From Eubacteriales bacterium (GTDB lineage Bacteria > Bacillota > Clostridia > Oscillospirales > CAG-272), in contig JAZUBT010000007.1 in the NCBI GenBank assembly GCA_045638685.1, positions 130,551 through 194,550 of the forward strand: 64,000 nucleotides of DNA. Direction: 5' to 3'. The notes under the pieces were generated by a model, which saw only the letters and a list, made by a program, of their open reading frames with translations, was not told the DNA's origin and made no database searches. This document shows positions 1-9,856 of the stretch, one piece after another. A program made the translations under genes and the position numbers. Within the stretch, counting starts at the first letter, position 1. Each line of letters starts with the position of its first letter.

Positions 1-1485
1 AAGCTCTATAATCTCCATACGGTCAAGGAGCGGCGCGGGTATTGTATCAAGCGTATTTGCCGTAGCAATAAACATAACGTCGGAAAGGTCAAAGGGCAGC
101 TCGACGAAGTGATCGCGGAACTCCTTATTCTGTTCTGCATCAAGCACCTCCATAAGCGCGGAGGCCGGATCGCCGTGGCTATCTCTTGTAAGCTTGTCTA
201 TCTCGTCAAGAAGCATAATGGGATTTTTGCTTTTCGCTCTTTTAATTCCGCTGATGATTCTTCCGGGCATAGACGCGATATAAGTTTTTCTGTGTCCTCT
301 TATATCAGCCTCATCTCTTACACCACCGAGTGAAACTCTGACATAATTTCTGTTCATCGCCTCAGCTATCGACCTTACAATAGAGGTCTTACCCGTTCCG
401 GGCGGGCCGACGAGACAGAGTATCTGATTTTTAACGTTCGGAGCAAGCTTTCTTACCGCGAGGTATTCAAGCACGCGTTCCTTAACCTTTTCAAGCCCGT
501 CGTGGTCTCTGTCAAGAACCTCTCTCGCGAGCGCTATATCGCTTACGTCCTCGGTCTTATTTCCCCACGGAAGCTCAAGACAAACGTCAATATAATTACA
601 TATTACCCCGTATTCCGCGGAGTTAAACGGCATTCTCGAAAGCTTGCCGGCTTCCTTTAAAAGCTTTTCCTTTGCGTCAGCGGGCATATCGGACTTAGAA
701 ATAAGCTCCTTATACTTATCTATTTCGCTGTCCTCTGCGTCCTCGCCAAGCTCGGATTTTAAAACCTTTATCTGCTCTGCAATATAATATTCCTTCTGGT
801 TCCTGTCAACGCGCTTTTTTACCTTTTTATGGATTTCTCTCTGAAGTCCCGCAAGCTCCGCTTGCTCGGAAAGAATACAGGAAAGCTCTATAAGTCTGTC
901 AAAAGCGTCGGTCTCGTTCAGTATTCTCATCTTATCCTGAATAGAGCCGAAAAGATTTGCGGCGACAAAATCGGCAAAGACTCCGCAGTCGGTAATGCTG
1001 TCGGCTTCGGAAAGAAGGTCGGAAGCAATTTCGGGAATACTCGAAGCGTACTGCGCAAGTGCGTCCTTTGCCTCGTTCATAGCAGCTTTTGCTCCCGCGT
1101 CATCAGTTCCTACGGTAATTTTCGAAGCTACGCTCGCTCTCCACGCTCCTCCTCTCATTCTCGGCTCAAAGAGCGCCAGAGCTTCTCCTCTCGTTTCACC
1201 CTCCGCGATAATACGGACGTTCCCGTTTGAAAGCTTTACAAACTGTCTGATTTTGCAAACCGTTCCTATGCTATAAAACCCGTCCGCCTTAGGCGAAGGC
1301 TCGATAGGATTTTTCTGTGTAAGTAAAAATATAGAACCTCCGCTTTTTTCCGCTTCCTCAAAAGCGCTTACCGACATTTTTCTTTCAAGCTCAAGGCTAA
1401 TCGGTATTCCGGGAAACGCAACCGCGCCGCGAAGCGGGATCATCGGACATTCTGTAAGACTCATATGTTCTGTGTACGGTGCCAT
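1..1485 (-). CDS. lon: ATP-dependent Lon protease, N-terminal 495 codons; 3' end lies beyond the left window edge
   Basis: Absent from the ORF track because no stop falls in the window. Own minus-strand translation from ATG at 1485 gives MAPYTEHMSLTECPMIPLRGAVAFPGIPISLELE... It stays open to position 1 and contains LCLVGPPGTGKTSIVRSIAEA (Walker A), PIMLLDEIDKL (Walker B) and FIATANTLDTIPAPLLDRMEIIEL. Confidence 0.85.
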   Translation of the reverse strand, partial: MAPYTEHMSLTECPMIPLRGAVAFPGIPISLELERKMSVSAFEEAEKSGGSIFLLTQKNPIEPSPKADGFYSIGTVCKIRQFVKLSNGNVRIIAEGETRGEALALFEPRMRGGAWRASVASKITVGTDDAGAKAAMNEAKDALAQYASSIPEIASDLLSEADSITDCGVFADFVAANLFGSIQDKMRILNETDAFDRLIELSCILSEQAELAGLQREIHKKVKKRVDRNQKEYYIAEQIKVLKSELGEDAEDSEIDKYKELISKSDMPADAKEKLLKEAGKLSRMPFNSAEYGVICNYIDVCLELPWGNKTEDVSDIALAREVLDRDHDGLEKVKERVLEYLAVRKLAPNVKNQILCLVGPPGTGKTSIVRSIAEAMNRNYVRVSLGGVRDEADIRGHRKTYIASMPGRIISGIKRAKSKNPIMLLDEIDKLTRDSHGDPASALMEVLDAEQNKEFRDHFVELPFDLSDVMFIATANTLDTIPAPLLDRMEIIEL

Positions 1486-1659
1486 GTTTAACTCAAAAAC
1501 CTTTCTTAACTGTTCAATACAGCATAAATATTTATATATTTTTTATTATTTATTATAACATAAAATATGGAAAATGTAAAGTAGATTATTAATGTTAATT
1601 GTAAATAAAATATTTACTGAGAAAAAGAAATTTTTTTCAATGATTTTTCAGTAAAGCTA

Positions 1660-1688
1660 TTGACAAACAGAAAAAGATGTGCTATAAT
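1660..1688 (+). promoter_or_regulatory. sigma-A type promoter for the tRNA-Arg/tRNA-His pair
   Basis: TTGACA (1660-1665), 17-nt spacer, TATAAT (1683-1688), about 19 nt upstream of the tRNA 5' end. Confidence 0.55.
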
Positions 1689-1706
1689 TATCTGCGTTAC
1701 TGATGT

Positions 1707-1783
1707 GTACCTTTAGCTCAGCAGGATAGAGCAACTGCCTTCTAAGCAGTAGGTCGAGGGTTCGAATCCCCCAAGGTACGCCA
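1707..1783 (+). tRNA. tRNA-Arg (anticodon TCT)
   Basis: Acceptor stem gtacctt/aaggtac. Anticodon stem actgc/gcagt with loop CTTCTAA. T-loop GGTTCGAATCC. Encoded CCA. Confidence 0.9.
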
Positions 1784-1786
1784 TAC

Positions 1787-1864
1787 GGTGGGTATAGCTC
1801 AGTTGGTTAGAGCGTCAGGTTGTGGCCCTGAAGGCCGTGGGTTCGAATCCCATTACTCACCCCA
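1787..1864 (+). tRNA. tRNA-His (anticodon GTG)
   Basis: Extra G at position -1, typical of tRNA-His. Acceptor gtgggta/tactcac. Anticodon loop TTGTGGC. T-loop GGTTCGAATCC. Encoded CCA. Confidence 0.9.
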
Positions 1865-1867
1865 TAA

Positions 1868-1897
1868 AAAGACAAGCTCCCGGCTTGTCTTTTTTAT
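1868..1897 (+). terminator. rho-independent terminator after tRNA-His
   Basis: Stem gacaagc (1871-1877) pairs with gcttgtc (1883-1889), extended by A/T pairs, followed by a T-run. Confidence 0.7.
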
Positions 1898-2099
1898 TTG
1901 CATTTGGATTTCACGTTGCCCTATGTAACATATTTTTTAACTCATAGCAATTTTTTTGTGTCTTGTAACAGTTTTTTCAGTTTTTTATTGACATTCAAAA
2001 TAAAATTGATATAATATAAATTGCGCGAAATAAAATAGCGGACAGCTTCTCCGCTTTTTCGGTAATGCGTAAAAATACAAAAAAGAGGAAATCAACATT

Positions 2100-2927
2100 T
2101 TGAGTAAAAGTCATATATCAAAGTATCTTTCGGAAACGCAGCCCGATACGAAATCCTTTTTTTCCGTCTCTCACCGAGCACTTAACGGAAAAAGCGATCT
2201 GCACTGGCACAGTTATATAGAAATGGAGCTTGTTACAACCGGCGAGGGTATGCAGCTGCTTAACGGAAAGCGCTTCCCTTTAGAAAGGGGTACGGTATCA
2301 ATAATCCGTCTTACCGACTGCCATAGCATTACCCCAAAAAACAACCTGCGTCTCATTAATCTTTCATTCGATGAAGGGCTCCTTAGCGATGACGTCCTCT
2401 CCGCGCTCTCCTCTAACGGTAAGGAGTTTTGCGTTCAAATTAATCCAAACGATTTTCACACCTTAGAGGGAATTTCGCTCCTCTGTCTTAATGAGACAGG
2501 AAAGGAAACGCCGAACAGAGAATACATAAAAACGCTCCTGAAAGCGCTCTTTATTAAGCTTTTTGATTCGGCCGACATAAGCTGCGAGCCGCAAACCGAA
2601 AAATCAAAGCAGACACCGCTTCGCCGTTCTCTCGAATATATCCATTCGCATTTCAGAGAAAACCCTTCTCTTTCCGAGGTAGCGAGTATAGCGCGCTACA
2701 ACCCGAGTCATTTCAGCGTTGTTTTTCGCCGAGAAATGGGGCAGACGTATTCTAAATACCTTAACAACCTGAAGCTCTCCTACGCAAAAGAGCTACTCGG
2801 CTATACCGATTTAAAATTTGAGGAAATCTGCTTTGAATGCGGCTTTACGTCGTATGCCAACTTTTTAAAGATATTCAAGGAGAAAAACGGGGTTTCACCA
2901 AGCGAATTCAAAGAAAATTTAAAATAA
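2100..2927 (+). CDS. AraC/XylS-family transcriptional regulator (TTG start)
   Basis: 275-aa ORF. The C-terminal double helix-turn-helix resembles AraC family members (SLSEVASIARYNPSHFSVVFRREMGQTYSKYLNNLKLSYAKELL...GFTSYANFLKIFKEKNGVSPSEF). The N-terminal half is cupin-like. Confidence 0.8.
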   Translation: MSKSHISKYLSETQPDTKSFFSVSHRALNGKSDLHWHSYIEMELVTTGEGMQLLNGKRFPLERGTVSIIRLTDCHSITPKNNLRLINLSFDEGLLSDDVLSALSSNGKEFCVQINPNDFHTLEGISLLCLNETGKETPNREYIKTLLKALFIKLFDSADISCEPQTEKSKQTPLRRSLEYIHSHFRENPSLSEVASIARYNPSHFSVVFRREMGQTYSKYLNNLKLSYAKELLGYTDLKFEEICFECGFTSYANFLKIFKEKNGVSPSEFKENLK

Positions 2928-2972
2928 AGCAAGAATTTGCGTAAAATAAAAATCACATAGGAACAGTAAAAA

Positions 2973-4397
2973 ATGAACATAGGTAACATTAAAAAATATC
3001 TCGGCAGCAAACGGCTTTATAAGGAAATGATAAAAATTGCCGTACCGGTTTCTCTTCAGCAGCTTATAACGGTCGGAATTAACCTTATGGATACCGTAAT
3101 GCTCAGCCAGATGGGAGACGCGCAGCTTTCTGCCTCCTCTCTTGCGGGACAGTTCATAAATTTATTTATGATATGCTGTATGGGAATAGGAATGGGCGCA
3201 TCTGTTCTTACCTCAAGATACTGGGGAATGAATGACGAGGACTCTCTTAAAAAAGCCATAACGATTATGCTTCGGTTCTGCCTCGTCTTTTCCACCGTAT
3301 TTACCCTTGCGACGGTAATAGCTCCGTCTCTGATAATGCGTATATACACCGATGATGCGGTAATTATTAATTACGGAGTTCTCTATCTCCGTTGGCTTAT
3401 CCCCACGTACTACTGTATCGGACTTTCCCTTACCTGCACCATAGTTTTACGAACGGTTGGTCAGGTAAGAATCCCACTTGCCTGCTCTGTAATCGCTTTC
3501 TTTGTAAACGTATTTGCAAACTGGGTGTTCATCTTCGGAAATCTCGGCGCGCCCAGAATGGAGATTGCCGGAGCGGCTGTCGGTACTCTTATCGCACGTG
3601 TTTTTGAGCTGCTCTTTATCTGCGGATATTTCTTCTTTATCGACAAGAGGATAAAATACCGTATAAAGCATATTTTAATGAAATCACGCGACCTTGTACG
3701 GGAATATTTCAGAATTAGCCTTCCGGTGCTTATAAGCGACTCGCTCCTTGCTCTCGGAATGAACGCCGTAGCTATGATTATGGGCAGAATAGGCCCCGCC
3801 TTTGTAGCGGCAAACGCTGTAACAACCGTCGTTCAGCAGCTCAGCTCCGTTTTAACGCAGGGCGTATCAAACGCAAGCGGAATAATAACGGGACACACAA
3901 TGGGGCGCGGAGAGTACGAGCAGGCGCAGACCGAGGGTTACACCTTCCTGCTTATGGGACTTGCAATCGGACTTTTCGCCGCTGGGGTTATTGCGATTTT
4001 ACGCGCGCCGATTATTAACTTCTACGATATTTCCGCCGAGGCTAAGGCAATAGCCGAAGATCTTATGGACGCTATAATTATTATCGTAGTATTTCAGACC
4101 ATGAGTTCAATTTTAACCAAGGGCGTCCTTCGCGCCGGCGGAGACACAAAGTTTTTGATGGTGGGGGACATTCTCTTTCTTTGGGTTGCATCAATACCCC
4201 TCGGCGCGCTTTCGGGTCTCGTCTTTCACTGGTCGGCATTCTGGATCTACATTATGATAAAGATTGAGCACATCATAAAATCCGTATGGTGTATCTTCCG
4301 TCTGCGCAGCGGTAAATGGTTAAAGAAAATTTACTCTGCCTCGGAAAGCGGCGCCGAAAAGCTAACGAAATTTAGCGCTACGGAGAAAAACGCGTAA
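2973..4397 (+). CDS. MATE-family efflux transporter
   Basis: 474-aa polytopic membrane ORF with about 12 hydrophobic segments. The N-terminus is MATE-like (IAVPVSLQQLITVGINLMDTVMLSQMG). Confidence 0.8.
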   Translation: MNIGNIKKYLGSKRLYKEMIKIAVPVSLQQLITVGINLMDTVMLSQMGDAQLSASSLAGQFINLFMICCMGIGMGASVLTSRYWGMNDEDSLKKAITIMLRFCLVFSTVFTLATVIAPSLIMRIYTDDAVIINYGVLYLRWLIPTYYCIGLSLTCTIVLRTVGQVRIPLACSVIAFFVNVFANWVFIFGNLGAPRMEIAGAAVGTLIARVFELLFICGYFFFIDKRIKYRIKHILMKSRDLVREYFRISLPVLISDSLLALGMNAVAMIMGRIGPAFVAANAVTTVVQQLSSVLTQGVSNASGIITGHTMGRGEYEQAQTEGYTFLLMGLAIGLFAAGVIAILRAPIINFYDISAEAKAIAEDLMDAIIIIVVFQTMSSILTKGVLRAGGDTKFLMVGDILFLWVASIPLGALSGLVFHWSAFWIYIMIKIEHIIKSVWCIFRLRSGKWLKKIYSASESGAEKLTKFSATEKNA

Positions 4398-4520
4398 ATT
4401 ATATTAGCCTACTATCAGTTTTCTTTATTTAAAGTTTTGCTCCGTGTGGGGATTTGTTGTTTTTACAAGAAAAACCATTTATAAGCAGTTAAAAAATAAA
4501 AAGAAAATTTTAAAAAGCTC

Positions 4521-4549
4521 TTGACAAATCATTTTAATTGTGCTATACT
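4521..4549 (+). promoter_or_regulatory. sigma-A type promoter for tRNA-Arg(ACG)
   Basis: TTGACA (4521-4526), 17-nt spacer, TATACT (4544-4549). Confidence 0.5.
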
Positions 4550-4568
4550 ATACAAGTACTCAAAGTAC

Positions 4569-4645
<77 letters not shown>

Positions 4646-4668
4646 AACCCATATCAAAACAAGCAAAA

Positions 4669-4716
4669 AGAGCAAGAGTGAAAGAAACGCCTTTTATTCT
4701 TGCTCTCTTTGTTTTA
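4669..4716 (+). terminator. terminator-like hairpin after tRNA-Arg
   Basis: agagcaaga (4669-4677) pairs with tcttgctct (4698-4706), followed by a T-rich tail. The loop is fairly large. Confidence 0.45.
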
Positions 4717-4752
4717 ATACTCATCAATACAATTTTGTGAGAGGAAAAAGAT

Positions 4753-5379
4753 ATGAAAAAAATTTCACTCATCCTTCTTTTCTTGCTACTTATCACAAGC
4801 TGTCTTACCTTTACGGGCTGTCAAAACAAGGTGGATATAAGCGACCACATCATTCACGGACGTACCCGAATCACCAAATCAGACACAACCAACGGCCGCG
4901 TTTGGCACGCAACCTACTATGTTAATTTGTCTAAATTTGACGTTAGTACTGCCGAAAAAATAGAAGTTGTAATCAACGGTAAAAAAATAATCGCATCTCC
5001 TTCTTCAAGCGACAACACCTTTGACGTTACGGTAACCGACCCTGACTACGAATGGACCGGACTAAGCGTTGATTCCTGCTACGCGCACGTTTCCAAGAGC
5101 GAGGCCTCGAAGACGCCTTCCAATGAAACAGTCGGCTCCTTTTTCCTGTACGGTATCATTATGGTTGTTGTTTGTTCGGTAATCCATTTAATAGGCGTCG
5201 TGGTTAACAGCGCGTTTATTGCCGGCGCTCCGGGAGTAATAAGCTTGATATTAACGGTTGGTACGTATATTTCATACGGTGTTGGCAGAGGAATTATTAT
5301 GACGGTATTTTTAGCTATCTACATCTTTATCGACATAGAAATTAACAAGCACTTCCTCGACTATGACGGAATCCTTTAA
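4753..5379 (+). CDS. hypothetical lipoprotein/membrane protein
   Basis: 208-aa ORF with an RBS (GAGAGGAAAAAG) upstream. Signal peptide carries lipobox-like LTFTGC. Three C-terminal hydrophobic helices. No recognisable family. Confidence 0.5.
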   Translation: MKKISLILLFLLLITSCLTFTGCQNKVDISDHIIHGRTRITKSDTTNGRVWHATYYVNLSKFDVSTAEKIEVVINGKKIIASPSSSDNTFDVTVTDPDYEWTGLSVDSCYAHVSKSEASKTPSNETVGSFFLYGIIMVVVCSVIHLIGVVVNSAFIAGAPGVISLILTVGTYISYGVGRGIIMTVFLAIYIFIDIEINKHFLDYDGIL

Positions 5380-5452
5380 CAAATCAAAAAAAGCTTTTCT
5401 GTCTTGAAATAAAATTTATAAAAAGCGCCTCTTTCGAAGCGCTTTTTTCTAT

Positions 5453-6253
5453 TTATTCCGTTTTATTCCGTTTGAAAATCTTGCCTATTCCGTTTTTTAC
5501 CGCAGAAAAGCCTTTTTTAATATAAATCGCGAGGTTATGCGCAGGGTTCTTTTTAAAATGCTTTTTCAGTAAAACCGAAATCAGCAGAACTACTGCAAAG
5601 AGCACAGCCGTTCCGAAAAGCATCATCAGGAAAAAGTAGCTTCCCGTTCCCTTAAAATCGGTATTAACGTTATTCTTTTCGGCGTACTCCGCGGCGTAAG
5701 GGTTATTTTTAACGTCAAGCAGAATGCTCTCACATTCCATAAATACGTCGTGCCCTATCGTTTTTACAGATGCCGGAACGGTAAGCTTGCCGAGCTTACG
5801 GCAGCCCTGAAAGCAAAAATCGTCAATAGCTTCAAGCGTTTCGGGAAGAACCACTCCGTCAAGCACGAAGCAATCCCTGAAAGTGTCCATAGGAAGCTCT
5901 TTAAGTGTCGAAGGAAGCTTTACAGATATAAGGCTGCGGCAGTTTCGAAACGCCGCCTCTCCTATAACGGTTACGCTGTCGGGAATTTCAATGCTGTAAA
6001 GCGAATAATTGTTCTGAAACGCCGAGGGGGCTATCTCCTTTACCGGAAGACCGCCTATCTCTGCCTCAATTTTAATTGAAGGAAACTGCTCAGTTGTACC
6101 CGTTACTATTACGTAGGTTCCGTCGTCGCTTATGCGGTATTCAATTCCGCTGTCAGCCGACGCGGCATTTACCGAAAGGACACAGGCGCTTAAAACGGTA
6201 AGCATTATAATAATGACGGCGAGAAAACGAATTTTTTTCATATATTTACCCAA
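5453..6253 (-). CDS. small BspA-type leucine-rich-repeat surface protein with C-terminal membrane anchor
   Basis: 266 aa. Signal peptide MKKIRFLAVIIIMLTVLSACVLSVNA. LRR units of BspA (LRR_5) style (IPDSVTVIGEAAFRNCRSLISVKLPSTLKELPMDTFRDC...). C-terminal TM helix plus basic tail. Confidence 0.7.
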   Translation of the reverse strand: MGKYMKKIRFLAVIIIMLTVLSACVLSVNAASADSGIEYRISDDGTYVIVTGTTEQFPSIKIEAEIGGLPVKEIAPSAFQNNYSLYSIEIPDSVTVIGEAAFRNCRSLISVKLPSTLKELPMDTFRDCFVLDGVVLPETLEAIDDFCFQGCRKLGKLTVPASVKTIGHDVFMECESILLDVKNNPYAAEYAEKNNVNTDFKGTGSYFFLMMLFGTAVLFAVVLLISVLLKKHFKKNPAHNLAIYIKKGFSAVKNGIGKIFKRNKTE

Positions 6254-6255
6254 AA

Positions 6256-7542
<1,287 letters not shown>

Positions 7543-7563
7543 TCAACTTAACCCCAAACTCGT

Positions 7564-9780
7564 CTATTTTCTTTTAAACCAATGCTCAATCTCGCCCTTT
7601 GAAAGCTCGAATGCAACCGGTCTTCCATGTGGACAAAAACGCACCGCGGGGTTACTTAGAACCTGCTTACACACCCAATCGGTATGCGCCGCGTCGTATA
7701 TCCTTCCCGCCTTTATCGCTGCCTTACAGGACGCCTGATAGAGCGCCTGCTCGTAAAACTCCTGCCTTGCGGTTTCAAGGCTTCCGGTTCCCGAGGCTAT
7801 CTTACCTACAACGCCTACAAGGAACTCCTCGGCTTCATTTGCCGAAAGTCCGGACGGAATAGCGCTTACCGTTATTCCACCGCTATCCTTTACAGAAAAA
7901 TCAAATCCCGTAGCACTAATTTCATCTTTATAATTTAGCGCGGCATCCGTTTCCTCGGGTGAGAGCATTACCTCAAGCGGTATCATTAAAATCTGACTGT
8001 CTCCCCCGTCCGATATATTTCTTTTCATATCCTCGAACAGTATTCTTTCGTGAGCGGCGTGCTTATCTATCATAAGCAGCTTTCCCTCGGTCTCAACGAT
8101 AATATAGGAATTAAACGCCTCTCCGAGTATCTTATATTCGGGAATTTCGATACCCTCTGCCGCTACCGCCGAATCTCTGCTGATATTACTTACCGAATAT
8201 TCCGGCGCTTTTCCCTGTGCTTCTCCACCGTTATTCGATACACCCGTAGCGTTATTTGCCGCGCCGCTCTCATTACTCTCCGTTACGGCAGAGGTGGGCG
8301 TTGCCGCAGCTTCCGTTACGGCATGGGTATTATTTACGTAGTTTTCCGAATCGCCCGTTTTTTCGTTTTTCAAATACGGTGATTCTACCGTTTTCTTCTC
8401 TTCTCTCTGCGGATTTACCGGTTCCGCAGCTTCTCTCTGTGTACCTATCGGTATCTCTTTAATAAGCTTTTCAAGCCCTCCGAGAAGTCCTGCCCTTTCG
8501 GTAATTGGCGGCTCGCTTATCTCGGAGTTAATCTCACTGTCAAGGGAAAAAGGAAGCGAAGCTCTCGCGTCCTCCTTCTGCGTAGAGATGGCGGGACGGG
8601 TATCGTCCGTATGCCTTGAATAAAGGTGCATATCGGACACCGCCTGCATTCTCTTTTCAACCGACTCATACGGCTTATAGGTGCTGCCGCCTTGTCTTTC
8701 TCCGTTATCTCTGAGCGGAACAAATCCGTTTACAAGGCGCGACTGACGTTTTGCTTCCTCCTTCGTTTTAAGGTTAAAGGCAGGGAGCGCAAGATTTTTT
8801 TCAAGGCTTGAACGGACTGCGGAGTAAACCGCGTCGAAAACCGCCTGCTCGTTTGAAAATTTAACCTCAAGCTTTGTCGGGTGAACGTTAACGTCAACGA
8901 GCGCGGGGTGTATGGTTATTCTTATAACGCAGACGGGGAATTTTTCCGACGGAATATAAGAATTAAACGCTTGCTCAAGCGCCGCCATAGCGGTACGGCT
9001 TTTTACGTATCTGCCGTTAATAAAGAAATTCTGATAGTTTCTGTTAGCTCTTATGTTTTCGGGTGTTCCGACAAATCCCTCTACCTCTATTCCACCGGTC
9101 ATACCGTGTACCGATACGAGGTTTTTGGCAAAATCCCGTCCGAGAACTGCGTATATGCAGCTTTGGAGATTACCGTCTCCCGCCGTACTGAATTTTATCA
9201 CTCCGTCAGAGATAAATTTTATTGCAAGATCGGGACGCGAGAGTGCTATTTTTTCAACAACCGCTAAAACGGCAAGCGCTTCGGACGAATCCTTTTTCAG
9301 AAATTTACGTCTTGCGGGAACGTTGGCAAAAAGCTCCTCTACTATAACAGTAGTACCGTCGCGGCAGCCCGCTTCGATTATTTCATCTATTTCACCGCCT
9401 ACGCTGGTCAGCTGCGTGCCCATAAGAGAGGCGCGCTGCTTTGTAAATATTTTAAGCGTGGATACCGAGCCGATAGCCGCAAGCGCCTCACCGCGAAAGC
9501 CGAGCGTGAGTATTCCGTCAAGGTCGCTTTCGCTTTGAATTTTGCTCGTTGCGTGTCTTTTTATACATACCGGAACGTCCTCTCGGCTCATTCCGCAGCC
9601 GTTGTCGGAAACACGCATAAAGGTTATTCCGCCGTGCTTTATTTCTACCGTTACCTCAGTGGATCCTGCGTCTATGGCATTCTCCATAAGCTCCTTTATG
9701 ACCGATGCCGGACGGTCAACAACCTCGCCCGCCGCAATCAGGTTTGCGACCTGTGGCGAAAGAACGTTTATAATTCCCAC
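7564..9780 (-). CDS. mutL: DNA mismatch repair protein MutL
   Basis: 738 aa. N-terminal GHKL ATPase (LSPQVANLIAAGEVVDRPASVIKELMENAIDAG). C-terminal dimerisation domain. Long low-complexity linker. Confidence 0.9.
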   Translation of the reverse strand: MGIINVLSPQVANLIAAGEVVDRPASVIKELMENAIDAGSTEVTVEIKHGGITFMRVSDNGCGMSREDVPVCIKRHATSKIQSESDLDGILTLGFRGEALAAIGSVSTLKIFTKQRASLMGTQLTSVGGEIDEIIEAGCRDGTTVIVEELFANVPARRKFLKKDSSEALAVLAVVEKIALSRPDLAIKFISDGVIKFSTAGDGNLQSCIYAVLGRDFAKNLVSVHGMTGGIEVEGFVGTPENIRANRNYQNFFINGRYVKSRTAMAALEQAFNSYIPSEKFPVCVIRITIHPALVDVNVHPTKLEVKFSNEQAVFDAVYSAVRSSLEKNLALPAFNLKTKEEAKRQSRLVNGFVPLRDNGERQGGSTYKPYESVEKRMQAVSDMHLYSRHTDDTRPAISTQKEDARASLPFSLDSEINSEISEPPITERAGLLGGLEKLIKEIPIGTQREAAEPVNPQREEKKTVESPYLKNEKTGDSENYVNNTHAVTEAAATPTSAVTESNESGAANNATGVSNNGGEAQGKAPEYSVSNISRDSAVAAEGIEIPEYKILGEAFNSYIIVETEGKLLMIDKHAAHERILFEDMKRNISDGGDSQILMIPLEVMLSPEETDAALNYKDEISATGFDFSVKDSGGITVSAIPSGLSANEAEEFLVGVVGKIASGTGSLETARQEFYEQALYQASCKAAIKAGRIYDAAHTDWVCKQVLSNPAVRFCPHGRPVAFELSKGEIEHWFKRK

Positions 9781-9856
9781 TTTTTGCGTTTTTCCTTTCT
9801 ATTATTTTTAATGTAATGATAATACTCTGTTACAGTTTTAGCACTCTGAAATTCCG

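Noticed and set aside
8300-8800. Unusually long low-complexity linker in MutL
   Set aside because: MutL linkers are known to be variable and disordered. Nothing suggests an inserted domain.
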